Assembly (NCBI RefSeq): GCF_001194135.2
Contig: NC_068986.1
Span: 47,232,529 to 47,285,395, forward strand
Direction: 5' to 3'
Origin: Octopus bimaculoides
Taxonomy: Eukaryota
DNA length: 52,867 nt
Part shown: positions 50,895-52,867 of the stretch, piece by piece
Position numbering within the stretch: position 1 is the first letter of the stretch
Layout of the letters: each line of letters starts with the position of its first letter
Made by a program: the position numbers and the translations under genes
Notes under the pieces: model-generated
Databases searched by the model: none
The model's input: only the letters and a program-made list of their open reading frames with translations
What the model was told of the DNA's origin: nothing

Positions 50895-51516
50895 GTATCT
50901 TTCAGTTTCTGTCTATCAAATCCACTCACAAGGCTTTGGTCTGCCCAGGAAATAATAGAAGACATTCACAGAAGGTGCTATGTAGTGGGGCTGAACCTGA
51001 GATAATATGGTTGAGAAGCAAGCTTCTTAACCACACTGCTATACCTGTGCCTAATAACTAAATATGCATATTTGCTTTTACACCTGTATAGTGTGAGATG
51101 TATGAAAATGTGTGGCATTATGATTCTTGAAGTCATGTATGACATGATTTGGGAAGGTGTGCATTATAATTGTTTAAGCATTGGGCTCACAGTTATTAAG
51201 CCACAAGGTTGATTCTTGGAATGAGTGATGTGTGATGTCTTGCTGAGCAAGACACTTCATTATAAATTGCTTCGGTTCACTCAGTTAAAAATGAGTATCA
51301 ACAATAGCTGGTTGGCTATGGGATGGGATGGGTGCAGTTAACTCTGCAATTCCTAGGCATCACATTCAGTAGAATTTTGCACTCTCTGTCAGTTCATCCT
51401 TTTGCTTACCATATTTCTGCTGAAATACTCTGTCATTATTTCAATTAAATACTAGAGTTGATGTAATTGATTTACCCATCCTCTAAAATTGCTGGCCCTG
51501 TGCCAAAACTTGAAAC

Positions 51517-51552
<36 letters not shown>

Positions 51553-51969
51553 CCATTTTGTTTATCATGTACAAGTATGGGTGTATTTATTATTTTATCT
51601 ATTTTATTTAATTTTAGAAAAACTGAAGCATTTCCAAAGCATATTGAACTTGCTGGTATGTCACTTTTGACCCACCCTGTATATCCAGACTAGTGCCCTC
51701 TTCTTGATAGTTAGAATCAAGACATTTTGGCAATTACACCCATCAGTTTTTTTAAAGGGTGCCTGTTGTATTTGGTAACATTTTTATGATTTCAAACCAA
51801 ATCTTTTATTAAGCCCACAATTGTAAATCATTTTTATTCCTTAGATCCAAAAGTCACATACAAAGTAAGTTCAATTCATTCCGGAATTGCCAAAAACATG
51901 CTTCAATTTTTCTAAAATTGAATCAAATAATGATGAATACACATGTACTTGTACATGATGAACAACATA

Positions 51970-52009
<40 letters not shown>

Positions 52010-52235
52010 TAATATAAATAGAATGTCAAATCTTTTCATCCTTGATTTTTGGCCCATCCTGTGTATATTTGAATGGCTTCTTTCAGTTTCTGTCTACTGT
52101 ATCCACTCACAAGACTTTGATCAACTCTGGGTTATAGTAGAAGCCACTTACCCAGGGTACCATGCAGTGGGACCTAACCTGAAACCATGTGGTTGCGAAG
52201 CAAACGTCCTACCATACTGTCAAACCTACACCTAT
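50895..52235 (-). mobile_element. Two SINE family A 5' halves (about 50895-51050 and 52065-52235)
   Basis: tttcagtttctgtcta...ccactcacaag...cagtgggac...aaccatgtgg family text. Confidence 0.8.
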
Positions 52236-52831
52236 ATATATATACTAATACTTAATTATTATAAGTCCTCATTTCAAATATTCAGCCTAATTAAAAATCT
52301 AACAGTATCTAGGTTTTATCCCTTCATATACTCAGATCAATTCCAGCTGATATCATCACCTGGCCTTTTGGTTGCTTTAAGCAGAATTCACTGTGTTGAA
52401 AGCATTTAGGCAAGGTGTCTGGTTTCAGGAAAATTTTACCCTTTCTCCCACCTGTTCCAAAATTCATGAAAAGAAATATTTAGAAAAGATAGTGACAAAT
52501 ATAGCACTTTTCATTTTACCTTGACTAGATGTCTAATATATATATATATATATATCGTATATAAAAAAAATGGTTGCTTTTGTGCTTCTTCTTATCACTT
52601 CAAGGTTAGCAAAATAAGTATCAGCAACATATTAGGGTCAATGCCGTTGCTTAACCTTACCTAATTCCAACACAAAATATGTTTTTATGCCTAATCAAAA
52701 ATAAATTTAAAAAAAAGGAAAACTCTTTTATTCTTACTTGATTTCAGTTTCATTCTTTGAACACACTTTGGGAAAATATATAGCAGTTCAACATTAGTAC
52801 AGAAACTCATGCACACACATACACACACACA

Positions 52832-52867
<36 letters not shown>

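Overview
AT-rich eukaryotic, mostly intronic/intergenic DNA with seven N gaps. The SINE families and microsatellite style look like an octopus (coleoid cephalopod) genome; this is inferred from my recognition of the repeats, not from a search. There is no long intact ORF, and the ORF track is dominated by microsatellite, gap and repeat artefacts. The window is packed with at least three tRNA-headed SINE families, RTE-type LINE 3' ends, and decayed non-LTR RT remnants (R4/Dong-like at 46.1-47.5 kb, I/Jockey/CR1-group at 20.9-21.3 kb). It also holds Penelope-like fragments, TTAA-flanked piggyBac-type MITEs and a TA-flanked Tc1/mariner MITE. A CpG-retaining promoter-like zone lies at about 3-6 kb. 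I can build short phase-compatible exon chains on both strands but cannot name the protein, so these calls are low confidence. The most unusual structures are a near-perfect 870-bp palindrome carrying a hammerhead-like motif, an inverted duplication enclosing an 18-bp Cys-hexapeptide-type repeat, a local duplication showing empty and filled sites for a young SINE, and many other fold-back elements.
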